A stretch of 64,000 nucleotides of DNA from Mytilus edulis (Eukaryota), in assembly GCF_963676685.1 (NCBI RefSeq), contig NC_092346.1, positions 66,588,001 through 66,652,000 on the forward strand, read 5' to 3'. A program made the position numbers and the translations under genes. This document shows positions 17,332-35,747 of this stretch, piece by piece. Under the pieces are notes generated by a model. The model was not told the DNA's origin. It saw only the letters and a program-made list of their open reading frames with translations, and did no database searches. The first letter of the stretch is position 1; every line of letters begins with the position of its first letter.

Positions 17332-20300
17332 TCAAACGGATAGCATCATATTAACAAAGTCTGAAATAGAAAAAGAAATCATTAATTACAATAGCAAACA
17401 TACAAATTATTGGACATATGCTACACAAGAAGAAACCGAACACACCAAGGGGACATTAAAAAAACAAATGTCGATGAATATATGCGTATCGTGTATATGT
17501 ATGTGTTTTTAATAATAAAAGCTAGAGGGACAATGCAAGTAAACTAAAAAAATATCAAGTTATAAACAACAAACAAACAAACAAACAAATATTTTATTTG
17601 CCAATCATGGCGCCCACAATGAGCGGAATAATTGCAGTATAAATTTTCAAACATAATGTAATGTAAATCAAAAAATGGTTAAACAAAGTACTTAATGTGA
17701 TTGATTTTGATTTAATTGATTAATGTAAAATATCACAGCAAATAAAGTAAGTAATTTGTAATAATAAAAATATATAATATGATATGACCCATTGTTTCTC
17801 ACTCTAGTTCTAAGGCAAAGGTAATTAAAACTGAACCAAATAAGCATAACATAACTTTTGTACTTTCAGGTTTCGTTACTTTGAAATGTTTGGTTTTTCA
17901 AGTTCATACTAGAATGTCAAATCTACTAGTATAAGGATTGGCACAGAGAAACATTTATTCTGAAAACAACCGAACAAGTCGTTGAAATTGGATATAAATT
18001 GTAAGCACCATATACTCTCAAACACAGTTATTTATACAATTAGCTTTTGGAAAAGTGTGATATCCACCAACAATCTCTTAAATTTCTTTTGTGGCAATTC
18101 TGTTCTCTTGTTCATACTGTATATTGAAAAGGATTCGTGCTCGAGATAACTATGACTTAGGAAATACTCCAGCATAGAATAGCTGTGTGTCCCAAAATTA
18201 ATTATAAAAAGTACTTGCAACTGGACAATACGTTATCAACATTCTAAAGTTTATTTATACACTACAAAATAAATTTGCATTTAAAACCTGCGTTGATCAC
18301 ATAACAGTAATATTCATAAAAAAAGAATCTATAAAACTTATGCATGAAATATTTGGCACTGGACGTTATGTTTCTTATCGTGTGCCTTTAGTGATGGTGG
18401 AAACCTAAAATTTATTAAAAACCCGGATAACAAGTTTATAATTTGATGGGCTTTTGAAATACACACAAACTATTGACAAACGTTTAAAAAAATACTGTTA
18501 AAACCCCGCCATGCAATATTCGGATAAATATAAAAGGCATCATCGGAGTTTATAAGTACAAAATAATTAACAAAGTTAACGATTAATTCAACTCCAGAAC
18601 TATGTGTATGTTCGCTCTAAACGAATATGAAATACTTGCAACTGGACAATAAACAACTGCAGTCAAAGTTACTTAATAATAACAGATTAATTTTGCAATT
18701 ATTATAATCATTAAAAACCTACATCGAACTAACTTAATCTGATAAATGACATCTTCATCACGTGTGTCTTCCATCATAGAATTGTCGTAAACATTATCAG
18801 CGATTTTATTTAAGAGATACATGTAAAAGCGCTAAAAGACGTGTAACGTTTTGGCGTTAAATATTGGACACGTTTTGGCGAACAACAATTATCGGACACG
18901 TTTGGGGGTTATGAAATCGGACACGTTTGGGAAATAGTGTACACTTCGGACACGTTTAGGGAGAAAAGACACGTTTGGGAGAATCGGACACGTTTGGGAG
19001 GAAGGACACGTTTGGGAGTGTTACATATATATTATAGTTACCATCATAGTTTACTCGTCCATTTCCTTCCTTGTCTGCCAATTTCATCATCTCATCTGCT
19101 TCCTCTTCCGTTAAACTTTCACCGGATGTTAGCATCATTCGTTTTAACTCCTCTGCACTTATGTATCCATTGTCATCTCTATCAAAAACACGTAAAGCTT
19201 CTCGTAGTTCGTCGTCTGGGTGAACTTCTTTAGACTTGGTCTCAACATAGGAAAGAAACGTCTCATAGTCTATTGTTTCATTACCTGTAAAGATTCATGC
19301 ACTTTTAGTATCTTAATTTTAGAAACGAGTCCGAAAACATCAGACATTGCTGATACGTCCTGTGGCAAATGTCATTCATGTTCAAGATGAATTCAAAAAA
19401 TGTTTCAACAAAAAACATAACATGTAAACTTTATTTACAATTATTTTTTTACTAGAGATACATCTGTAATATTAGTAGTGAGAGAAAGTGTGAGAGCGAG
19501 TAGCTAGTTTTTTCTTCAATAACTATATTCTTTATCATGGATATGAATTTTTAAAAAACAAAATGGATATTCTTATACATATTTTTGAATGTTTACCCCA
19601 ACACCCATAATCAGGTGGTGATTGTAGGGGTATTGTAAAATCCTGACAATTGAAAAGCAAATAAAAGATAGCCAAAAAAATAATGCATATGTATCTTAAT
19701 CATTTGTAAAAGATAGTAGATACTGTTAAGTTACATTTTTGTAAGTTAAATATTCCAACTCTGACCTTTGTAAGTCTTTTGGATTTTTATTTTAGTTCTT
19801 TTACATGTTTCGGAGATAAGTGTGACGTCGATTTCGCTGAACTGATATTAAATTACATTATTAGGAATTTCCTCGTATCGTTGAAGTCTAATATGTGGCC
19901 CTATGCTGTTTCTACTCTTAGGTCGGATTGCTGTCTCTTTGACTTTCTCAATTCTTTCAGATTTAAGATTATTTACAATAAACATTGTAATTAAAAAAAA
20001 ACGTGGAAAGTTTTCATTTGAACTTTGATGTATGATTGTCTCATTGGCAATCATACCACCTCAGTGGCACCTCTTTTTTTTTATACTAGTATTATTAAAG
20101 ATAAAATCACGGCATATTTATATCCTGCTATGGAATCGGCATTTTTCAACCATATATGTTCTGCACATGAATGTTTACCTTCGGGGTCAACTGTTGCTTG
20201 AATAGCTGAGATTTCTATTTCTGGAGGATTCAGTCCTAAGGCTCGGACACATTTTCCTAGTTCTGTTTTTGGTATAATTCCCGTATCAGTTTTATCAACC

Positions 20301-23224
20301 ATTAAAAATGCTTCTTTAAACTCTGTAAAGTGTATTCAAAATTTAATACCAGTAGTCAAACTTTTAAAAGTGTTAAGTACAGCTCTTTATAAGAACCAGA
20401 CAGACTGCCATATACATGTGATTTATGAGGGTTTCAGATTTTATCTATAAATGGCATAGAAGAAGCAGTACCTGAATTCCGCTAAAAAAATGTGAGTGGA
20501 AAAATACGAGTGGTTGCCATGGTAACGGACACTCTATAGAGAAATTTAAGTTATTCTGTAAAATGTAATTCCTGTTAAACATGTCTACTATGATGCAGTT
20601 AATACACAAATGAAAACGATAAAAACTCTGTACAAATGAAGTACTAGTACTTATGATTATTGAAAGTGCAATTACTGTCCAAAAGATTGAAACTTTCAAT
20701 AAAATTAACGGTACCAATTTTCTTGCACCAGATGCGCATTTCGACAATCCATGTCTCTTCAGTGATGCTCGTAGCCAAAATATTTGAAATCCAAAGCTTA
20801 TATAAAAGATGAAGAGCTATAATCCAAAAGGTCCAAAAAGTATAGCCGAATCCGTGAAAGGAATCAGAGCTTTGCACGAGGGAGATACATTCCTTAATTT
20901 ATAATAATTTCTATCATTTTGTAACAGCAAAGTATGTCTTAGGACTGTTGTCTGATGTATTAATTTCCATATATGTTTTATATATTTTAATATTAAATAA
21001 ATCTAACATCATGCTTGAAATGGAACATACCTAAGTTCAGTTGTTCTTTTGGGTCTGTCTGGAAAAAAAATATAAAAAATACACTGTTCTGAAAATCAAA
21101 TCTATTATAACAAAATGATAACCACTAATTACAATTACTGATTGCCTCGTCAGACGCTTTTCGAAAATGAATCATGGTCAAACTATTTCAAGTTTTTTTT
21201 TAAATTCTTAAAACAAATTGAATATTGATTCCATTATTTCTTTGGTAATATTACTTATATATATTAGGTAAAAGACAATGATGTTGATTGCTATTGTCAA
21301 TTAGTTTTGTTGTGAAATAAATGTGTGTATGAAAAGCTCGGACATTATCCTATAGCATAAGTTTTGTTGTCACTGTTTTGTTATACTATTAAAGGATTTA
21401 CTTTTAACGAAATTAGTGTTTTGTCTTTTTGCATTTTTGTGTCTTAAGATATATATATATCTTTGTTCTCACAAACCAAATTACAGATGCTATTAAATAC
21501 AAAGTATTTTGTTTAGACTTCTTTCACTTTTTGGTTGTTTTTTTTTTTTGGCATGGCGTTGTTAGTTTCTCGTCGACTTATGAAAATTGAATATCCCTTT
21601 GGTACCTTTCGTTTCTTTGGTACATTTTAGAATAACAATAAAAAGAGGCAACATATACCAATAGGGATAGTCAAACTCATATAAAAGTCGAAAACGAACT
21701 GAAAATAACATGGCTAAAAACAAAACTGACGAAAATGATAGTCTACAAAACTAAACTGGTGGGGAACTCAGGTGCTCCGGAAGGGTTAGCATATAAAAGC
21801 GGATGAAATGGTTACATATATGATGAACATGACTATAGAATATGAAATGTATTATCTTACCACATATTGCAACGGTAAATTATCAGCAGACGTCATATTG
21901 TACACTTATGACGTCATGTTAGTCATTTCATTACGTCAGTGTATGTCATTTCATTACGTCAGTGTATATGTATCATGTATGTCATTTCAATGTATTACAT
22001 TGGAGATCACTTCTAACCTCTTATTAGAACTGTCAGAATGATCTGTCATAGAACTGTTCTAAACTGTTCTAGAAAAGTTCTACCTAGAACTGTTCTAAGT
22101 AGCACTTCCAGAATCAGTTATAGGTAGATTTGTCAGGATCAGTTCTAGGGTAGAACTGTCTAAAACTATTCCAGGAAGATCTGTCAAAATCAGTTCAAGT
22201 CGTGGAACTGTCAACAGAACTGACCAAATCAGTTCTGAAGATATCCGCAGAACTGTCAACAGAACTGAATAAATCAGTTCAATTACCGTACAACTGTCAG
22301 CAGAAATGTCTAAAAGAGGGACGAAAGATACCAAAGGGACAGTCAAACTCATAAATTGAAAATAAACTGACAACGCCATGGCTAAAAATGAAAAAGACAA
22401 ACAGACAAACAATAGTACACATGACACTAAAACTGTTCTAGTCGTAGAACTGACCAAACCTGTCAGGATTGTAGAGCAGTTCTAATTGACGTCACTGCAG
22501 TAAAAACAGTGCTGTGATGAGAATGTTTTAATATATATCATATTCCTTCGATGTGTTTATATAAAAAGACAAAGAGTTCTTAAAAGTGTTCAATGGATAT
22601 AACTGACTAAATCAATTCTAGCCGTAACAGTTCTAATCGTACAACTGTTCTAGTCGTAGAACTGTTCTGGGCGTAGAACTGTTTAAGTTGTAGAACTCAC
22701 CAAAGATCTAGGTAGAACTGTCTAAAACTGTTCTAGGGTAGAACTGGCAGGATCTGTTCTAGGGTAGAACTGTCAGGATCAGTTCTACATTGTTGTATGT
22801 CGAACTGTCTTTATCAGTTGTAGATCTGACCAAATCAGTTCTAGGTTAGAACTGTTCTATCTAGAACTGTCTAAAAGGTGTCAGGATGACAGTTCTACAT
22901 ATTGTCCTCCTGATAGATTCTGACAGATCTGATGAGAGGTTAGAAGTGATCTCTACTGTATGACGTCTTGAAATTCGTACACTTGCTGTGCAACGCATGA
23001 CTGGGTCATCGATTTCGTTTTATTTCTACAAACATTGCACTTTAAACGACCTTTTAATTTGAATTTCTCGCCAGTTGATGTACAGAAGACTAATGTAAAT
23101 AAAAAGTTTGAAATTTTTAACTATAATGTACAAAGTTATTGCGCTATTATATCTCATAAACCGTGAACAATCAATTTAAGTAATAGATATTAGTTGTTAA
23201 TGTATAAAACTAAATGCTTACCAT
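17332..23224 (-). CDS. Divergent calmodulin-like EF-hand protein (gene B), 148 aa
   Basis: Exons 23222-23224, 21031-21058, 20179-20322, 19042-19284, 17332-17360 (447 nt, GT-AG, calmodulin phases). MTDPKEQLNLEFKEAFLMVDKTDTGIIPKTELGKCVRALGLNPPEIEISAIQATVDPEGNETIDYETFLSYVETKSKEVHPDDELREALRVFDRDDNGYISAEELKRMMLTSGESLTEEEADEMMKLADKEGNGRVNYDDFVNMMLSV; AATAAA at 17154-17159. Confidence 0.9.
18842..19025. repeat. Array of 7 GGACACGTTTGGGAG-like units bounded by TGTAAC...GTTACA
   Basis: Motif repeated at 18866-19018; short TGT...ACA inverted ends suggest a small DNA-element derivative; no TSD seen. Confidence 0.7.
20513..20526. promoter_or_regulatory. RFX X-box-like motif
   Basis: GTTGCCATGGTAAC, a 13/14 match to the palindromic X-box GTTGCCATGGCAAC. 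Confidence 0.35.
20725..20768 (-). ncRNA. Minimal type I hammerhead ribozyme
   Basis: GCAUCA-CUGAAGA-GACA(UGGAU)UGUC-GAAA-UGCGCA-UC^-UGGUGC: complete catalytic core, 6-bp stem I, 4-bp stem II, short palindromic stem III. It lies within a probable repeat fragment of ~20695-20931. Confidence 0.85.
21998..22958. mobile_element. Non-autonomous TIR element (TA TSD) with an interior of TAGAACTGTTC micro-repeats
   Basis: ~42-bp TIRs CA.T.GAGATCACTTCTAACCTCT..; TA on both sides; nested retroelement 3' fragment at 22313-22428. Confidence 0.82.
22313..22428 (-). mobile_element. 3'-terminal fragment of the Penelope-like element
   Basis: Near-identical to 63386-63500 (gagggacgaaagataccaaagggacagtcaaactcataaat...). 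Confidence 0.8.
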
Positions 23225-24051
23225 TTTGATATCGCCACCTTAGTTCAAATGAGATGTTTTGATATAGCGTATTGGATTTGTATTAATAGATTATATTTGA
23301 CTATGCGAATATTTCTATAGTGTGTTGACGTGTGTATTATATTTTATTGACTAAAATTGATTTTAAATATAGACCTATAAGAAAAGATCCATTTAAATCC
23401 AGCTCGAGAAGTGTGTTTATCAATGAACATCAAAATAACTATTTTAAAGTATGTGTAGTGTGCCAAAAGCAGTCAACTAACGGATTTTTGTTTTAACTTT
23501 CAACATGTTTAAAATGTAATACAGTGAGACAAAGCATATTTCAAAAATTGAAATCTATAGGTTTGTGTTGAACAATAACCAAATTCGTAACGAAGGAAAC
23601 TTAAGACCAAGTTTTAGTACACAGAATGAGATGCAATCTTTAAAACGTCATTCAAGAATATACGGAAACATTTTTGGTAGGTGGTGCAAATTTTGTCTCT
23701 CCTGTTATAATGCTCAAGATATTTTGTGTTAAAATATCCAGAAAAGATTATCATAAAATTTTAAGCTTGTTTTCATGGTCAATAAGATGGTCTCAAGAGT
23801 AAAACATCCTATATATTTGCATTCTGTGTGATGATATATTATTTGTCTATGTTTCATGTTGTACTGTAAAAAAACCACTAAAAGCCACAAAACTGTCCAC
23901 TAACAACTCTAGTCTAATAAACTAATTAAGATTGTTAAGAACGTTTAGCATTTTTTCTCTCTTTCTAATAAACCCAACATCAAGTAATTTCCTCGCAATT
24001 TGGTTAACTTTTTTTTGGTAACAAGAACGTATGTTAACGACATGGCACATA

Positions 24052-24494
24052 GTATGAAATTCAAAACAGTGTAGCTGTGGCCATTGATTGACACATTAAA
24101 ATCATTCATTGACTGGGACAATTTAGGTGAACGTTTGTATGTAACGAACAATGCTCACTATGTACTTTTTAAAGACACTTAAACTATGGGGTCACCAAAG
24201 GTTCTCAACACCTAAATAAAGTAATTCGAAAAATTAATCAGAAATAACACGATATTTTGATTTATATCAATTATATAAATCAAAACACAAAGGTTATTCC
24301 TGATTAATTTTTCTAATTATTTTATAATTAAAGGCGTTAAGAAACCTTTGTTGACCCCACAGTTTAAATGTCTATCGTAGGTACGTCATGAACAGTGGTT
24401 GTTACAGACAAACGTTCACGTAAATTGTCCCAGTCAATGGATGATTTTGATGGGTCAATCAATGGCCACAGCTACACTGTTTTGAATTTCATAC
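24052..24494. mobile_element. Fully palindromic ~445-bp MITE (copy 1)
   Basis: Arms complementary over essentially the whole length; TA flanks; second copy at 58785-59237. Confidence 0.9.
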
Positions 24495-24544
24495 TATTAT
24501 ATTTAAAATATAATACTCTTCTGTTGAAATATATGATAAAGCGT

Positions 24545-24685
24545 ATAAAACATGGCAAAATCCGTATCACATGCCGTATCACCCTCTACCAATATCATCT
24601 CTCGGGCCTAAAGGCCCTTGGGCTGATATTTGTGTCTCGGGATGATACGACATATGATACGGAATTTACCATGTATTATTCTCTA
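24545..24685. mobile_element. Small hairpin MITE-like element
   Basis: catggcaaaatccgtatcacatgccgtatca ... tgatacgacatatgatacggaatttaccatg inverted arms around gggcctaaaggccc. Confidence 0.65.
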
Positions 24686-25368
24686 TATATAAGTTCTATC
24701 CTGTTACCCCTTTGGTCTATCTTGTTACCGATAAAATCATTGCATATATATTGTAATAGTCAAATAGGCTTAGAAATGTGTGTTTGGAATCAAAGTGAGT
24801 TGGTAGAAGCTAGGTGTTATTTGTGTATGAAATACAGTGAGATCAAATAAAAGTAAATATATACGGAATTTTAATTGTTTAGTGACAGCCTATATTAATC
24901 GCAGGATTTTAGTTGCTTTGCTAGTGCATAATACCGGAAAGCTATCTACAAGAAGACGACCACCAACGTTAATTCTCTAGTTTGGGTTTGAGTTTTTTTT
25001 TTTTATTAAGGTCAATGCAGAAGAGCGCTCTGGTTGCACGAAAATCATAAAATTTAACATTCGTTATCGTTTAATTTGACCTGCTCTTGGTCTAATTACT
25101 GTCATTATTGTAAATACAAAATATCAGGAAATAATATGTTTACTGTACTTTTATGTTGGTATCTTTTTTTCAGGGCTGATGTTGTGATATATCACATTAA
25201 GAAATTTCACTGTAAAATGAGAAAATATCAATCATATACACGTTTTTTCAACGGTGATGTATGTTTCAGTTGACATACTTTAGTTCTTTGATGCATGGCT
25301 TTTGAATCTAAATAATGATATTTCAAAAATGACTATTTAGTGTTTGTAGTCAACCTTCCTAGCAAATA

Positions 25369-25610
25369 AGGCCGAAAAATAATACACGTTTCCGCTAACC
25401 CTACCTACCTTCCTTTTTTGTTCCTCCGTCAAAAACTTTGATGCCATTTCGGAACAAGCATTGTTATAGTCAGACTGATTCCCTAGTTGTAACGTTAACC
25501 ATCTTATAAATGTTTGTCAAATAAAAAATTATATTACCTACCTACATTGTGTACCTACCCTTTTTTCAGCATGTATAAGCGGAAGCACATGTATTTTTTT
25601 TTTTGTGTCT
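25369..25610. mobile_element. Degenerate MITE
   Basis: Imperfect TIRs aggccgaaaaataatacacgtttccgct / agcggaagcacatgtattttt...tgtct. Confidence 0.45.
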
Positions 25611-27393
25611 TATAATGACAAGTAACTACTGAGATTAACATGTTAAGCTAATAAATAATAAGTAAAGCGCAAGACATTTTTTATTGTAAAATGTGTCGTG
25701 AAGAGAAAAGGTTATTGCTAGTCAATGTAACGTTAAGTCCTGTTAAATCTTACTTCAAAATAATGATATATTAAGTTATGTTGAATACCGATTACTGCTG
25801 CTGCTTGTCAAATACTGAAGGTTGGGGAAAATATATCGGATTTAATATATTTTATACTTTCAATCAAGTTCTGGCTCATTACTCGCAGGATCTAACAGTT
25901 GTGAAATAAAAACGTGTAAGTTTTAACTTTGTATCTAAACAGAATAGTTGTAATGAAATGCAATGTACACAGTATTCGTGTATAGAAGTTGGAAATATAA
26001 TTTAATTTATTTTGATACGGCTCTCTTTTTTAACTTCCCTACTTTTTTATCTAAGATTTGTTAAGGGCTGTAGATTTTGACAACAGATTGATAATCTACT
26101 CTCCTCTCCATCATCTTTCATATTGAAATGAATAGCATACGAAGCACAGTTAAAATAAGTCAGTTAGGAAAGACATTCAGTTCCCGTTTAAAATCGGTAT
26201 TACAACCGATACAAGTAAAGCTTCTTAACATATGCATGCAATACCCTTTCGACATATTAAATGATTTACTGAAATTTTATATCCTAACAAAATTATGATA
26301 ACTTACCTTTATATACTCTAATAGCAACACGAATACTGCACGGCAAAGTTGATCTTATGATTTCCCAAATTTTTAAACTTTTTATTTTTTTAAATTCTTA
26401 CAAACATTCTACTCGAATGTTCTAAATGTACCATAGAAAAGAGTAGACAGTTTAAACATTCAGACTATACTCTAGAATAGTTTGGGACAGTACAAATCTA
26501 AAAAAAGAAAGGAAAGAAACGCCACCTGCTTTGAAATCATATTCTCATGTTAGAAACTATAGTTTCAAACTCGGAAAGAAAAGAAAGAAAAGAAAGAAAA
26601 AAAAACCTATATATAGATATAGGAAGATGTGGTGTGAGTGCCAATGAGACAACTCTCCATCCAAATAACAATTTATAAAAGTAAACCGTTATAGGTAGTT
26701 TGATTTCCTAAGAAGTTAGTAAAAACGGACAGTTATTCCTTCATATTGAGAAAATATAGATTATTTAGACATTGTTAGATAGCAAGGTGTATTGCTAAAA
26801 CAATGCAACAAATTGATATGTTATTAGATCTCTATTTAGTCCAAAGGTAAAATGTATATATTTATGATAGTAAAGGAATAAATCGGCAATAAGTCTGGTA
26901 TCATCTGAATATCAGTACCTTACTTTATTTGTACCATGACAGATACTGATATACCCTAATTTATTGACAGATTAATTGAAAAGGGATTCTGTGGTAGTAC
27001 TGTACAAAGAGGAGAGAACTCCTTACTAAAATATGCTCCCCTTTATATACTATTATATCTTAATAATAAGTTCCACATCAAACATCAAACATGCATAGAG
27101 CTTTGTAAAAAATGACAAATTCCTCATTGGCTATTTACGTTGTTGGGTTGTTGTCTGATAGATGCATGATTAAGGTCTATCCTCTTTTACTCTTGAAATT
27201 CTTTCCAAACACAGACCTATACTTTCATGAATTACATTGTATTTGTAACATAAATTAGATTTTTTCCTTTGATGTTTTTATGAAATAATTTGCTTAAAAA
27301 GTGTGGTGAGGCAAAACCATGGTATATTATATGCAAATTAATGTTGTACCATACTTTGCTAATTAAATATGCAACTCAACTAGAATTCAAAGG

Positions 27394-27467
27394 AAAAAGG
27401 CGGAGCTTCAGCCATGGTATAACATATTCATGTTCATGTTATTCCATGGCTGAAGCTCCACCTTTTT
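27394..27467. repeat. Isolated 74-nt hairpin
   Basis: 32-bp arms complementary at 30/32 positions, 10-nt loop. Confidence 0.85.
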
Positions 27468-30424
27468 TTTTTAAATGTATCCGCCTCTTAAATATTTAGG
27501 AAACTGTTAAACGTACTAAAAGGTCAAGATCTTCATTTGTTTTCATTTCATAACAAAAAGCAATAAATTATGTGTACCCACTAAAACGGACAAGCAGTTT
27601 ATTCTTTTAATTGCTGTCATTGAATATCAAGAGAGAAAATAAATCCCGAAATTGATTTGAAACTTTGATACTCTATAGTTTTCCTGGAAAATATTCACAT
27701 CCCTCGGTATAAGTGTACTTCCAGTTGCGTATATATTACATGCATGTCGGAACAATTGTGATGATGGCGAATTTCTTCCTTTTTTCGAGAACAATCTAAG
27801 TGATATATAAATGTCCATAACTTCGATGAGCCAAATAAAGTTATATATCGACCTGTATTTAAATCTCTTCTTCTTCTTCTTTTGGTATACTATAGTCTAT
27901 CGTCATTTGATGATTACATACTGCATGTTGGCATACGTGGACTTGTCATTTTACAAAACTTTTACCCCAATTTACGCAAAATGTATGTTTCTTTCTTATG
28001 TTCTATGTATACATGTATATGTTTTAATTTGCGCTATAGGTCCGTAACTTATAATCCAGGCGTATATACGAATGGTCGACAAGTGCGTACATTTTTTAAA
28101 ATCAATATTTCTGGCCTTCACCATTGACAACGAGTATATATTACATTTTACCAAATTTACCCTTGGAAAAAATACGTATATAGATTTTTATTTCATCAAA
28201 TCTGTTTGGTTTTTTTTTGGTATTATTTATATTTTTATAAATAATTTTCTTTTCACCAGAAATGTTATTCATAAGCAAGCGTATGAGTTTAGTAATATCA
28301 CTTTCGGACACGCAAGATAGAGGTCTATATTATACACCTAATAGTTCAAAATGGAAAGTTATAAGTTATCGGCCGTGTACACTTATCAATACACTAAGAA
28401 GTGAAACGATGCATGAATTTGCAAACTCGACAGGAAATCGCTTAACTACCTGGACGTGTCACCTCACACCCCCTACAATATCTTTGGGAGTAATACCTTT
28501 AGCCATGCGGGTGATAAGTGGAGCGAAGATCCTAATTTATTTGAATAAAGTTTATTACATAAAAGAATTATGAACTAATTAGATTTCCGAAAACAATTCA
28601 AGTTTCACGGAAGACTTATTTATGATTTGAAATTTTGACTTTTTCACTATTAAATTCCTATATTATCAGTCTAAAAATAACAGATCATGGTTATTTAAAA
28701 AAAAAAAAAGAAAATTTTCCGTATCAAGTTAGTTAACTAGTCGGATAAAACAACCATACGATTGACGAGATATCGACACGCAATTACGACTACATCGGTT
28801 TACTGTAGTTTTGGTCCTTAGACATATCGTGACTGCAAATCGAAGAAGGTGACAAAATGGCTGACCGCAGAGAATTGATACTCTAAATTTAAAATCGATG
28901 GTGATCTCTTATCTAGCAGAATAAAACTTTAATATCTATGAATTTGAGCATTTTTATACAGAATAAACATAATATCAATTTTTGATTTTTTTGCGAAGTT
29001 TCCCTTTAAGAAACCTTTTTCAAACTATATAGAATTGTTACGAATTCCCCTAATTTTGGAAACAATTACTAAATGTTTCTTCTTTAAGTTGTGAAAAAAT
29101 GAAATGTGAAACTATCATTTCCTTTGCGAAGATCCGATTAAATTTCGATTTTAAAAAGGGGGTACCTATAGAAAAAAGGAATAAATATCGGCTACAAATA
29201 TCTGTGAAAAAACATAGATTTTTTTGCGATCAATTAGGGGAACGTACACCCTCTACGCTCTCTGGATCCGCTACTGTTTGAGTACAGTGTTTTATCATTA
29301 AAATTGTGTTTTAATAAATAATCTAATAATCGGATTAATAAAATAACGGAAGAAAGCAGTTTGTACAAAAACTAGAAATGTATAAATATGCATTTTTCAA
29401 TGAGATGAAAATTCTGTAAAATATGATAAATTTGTATGATACTTGAAAACAAAAAACAAAACAATTCTTACCGTCATTAGAATAATTATTTAATCCTTGT
29501 CCGACGCTGGAATCCGATATTTTTGTTTACCTCAGTCTGATGACATTATGAAATTACTTGCGCAAACAACCATACACTGGGCGCAAAACTAAATAAAAAT
29601 CGGGAAAATTTGAGACATTTTCTTTCCATTTTGCAAATTCAGGGGTTCTATTACATGAAATACACAGAATATCATACACGAGGCGCAAAAGTGACTTGCG
29701 CGAGCTTCCATTTCATTGGATAAAACTGTAACGTGATCAATTTCCAATATAAGTTGAAGGTCTTGAAGCTGTCAATCATTTTATTTATATTACAAATTTT
29801 ATATACCATGTGTCTTACTCATTAACATATTTAAACAAACTCATCCTTCGGATTCGTTTGTTTAAATATGTTAACTCGTAATAACCATGGTATATATAGT
29901 ACATGTTCAAATTTATCTTAAGTAAATGTAATAAAATTATAAATATCACGAAGTCAACAATAAGGATATTTACTTTTAAATAGTGACTTGAGAATGTAGT
30001 CGTCAGGTTGTTAACCTTAATATTTGTCTTTAATCTTATGGTGGACATTTCGTGTCCAAATTTTTGACATATTAAAAGTTAAGAAAAATATTGTTCAAAT
30101 GGCGAATTGGAGATACGTTCGGCCCAATCCACTGGTCCATGATACTATATTAGTCGCTACCAGTCACCTTATTTTTGCGTTCCCATAATAAAATAAATTT
30201 TAGAAATATACAAACTTTATTTGTTTTAATTGCATACATGTTCTAATATAAAGCATCACAAAATGTTGACCAGCAACGGCAGTATGATACTGTATGTATT
30301 GTTCAATATTGCTGTAAATATAACCAAGGCACTTAATTCGTCAACACCTTGGAGAGAATTGCAAAATATATTTTTTCCTGAATGACTGATACGATTTCCA
30401 CATTCAGCTATGTAATCGTTGTTT

Positions 30425-35747
<5,323 letters not shown>

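Noticed and set aside
17955-18100. Alternative last exons for gene B (ag|AATAA at ~17959; ag|AATTGCCA at ~18099)
   Set aside because: 17332-17360 has a stronger acceptor, the exact 29-nt length and the FVxMM motif.
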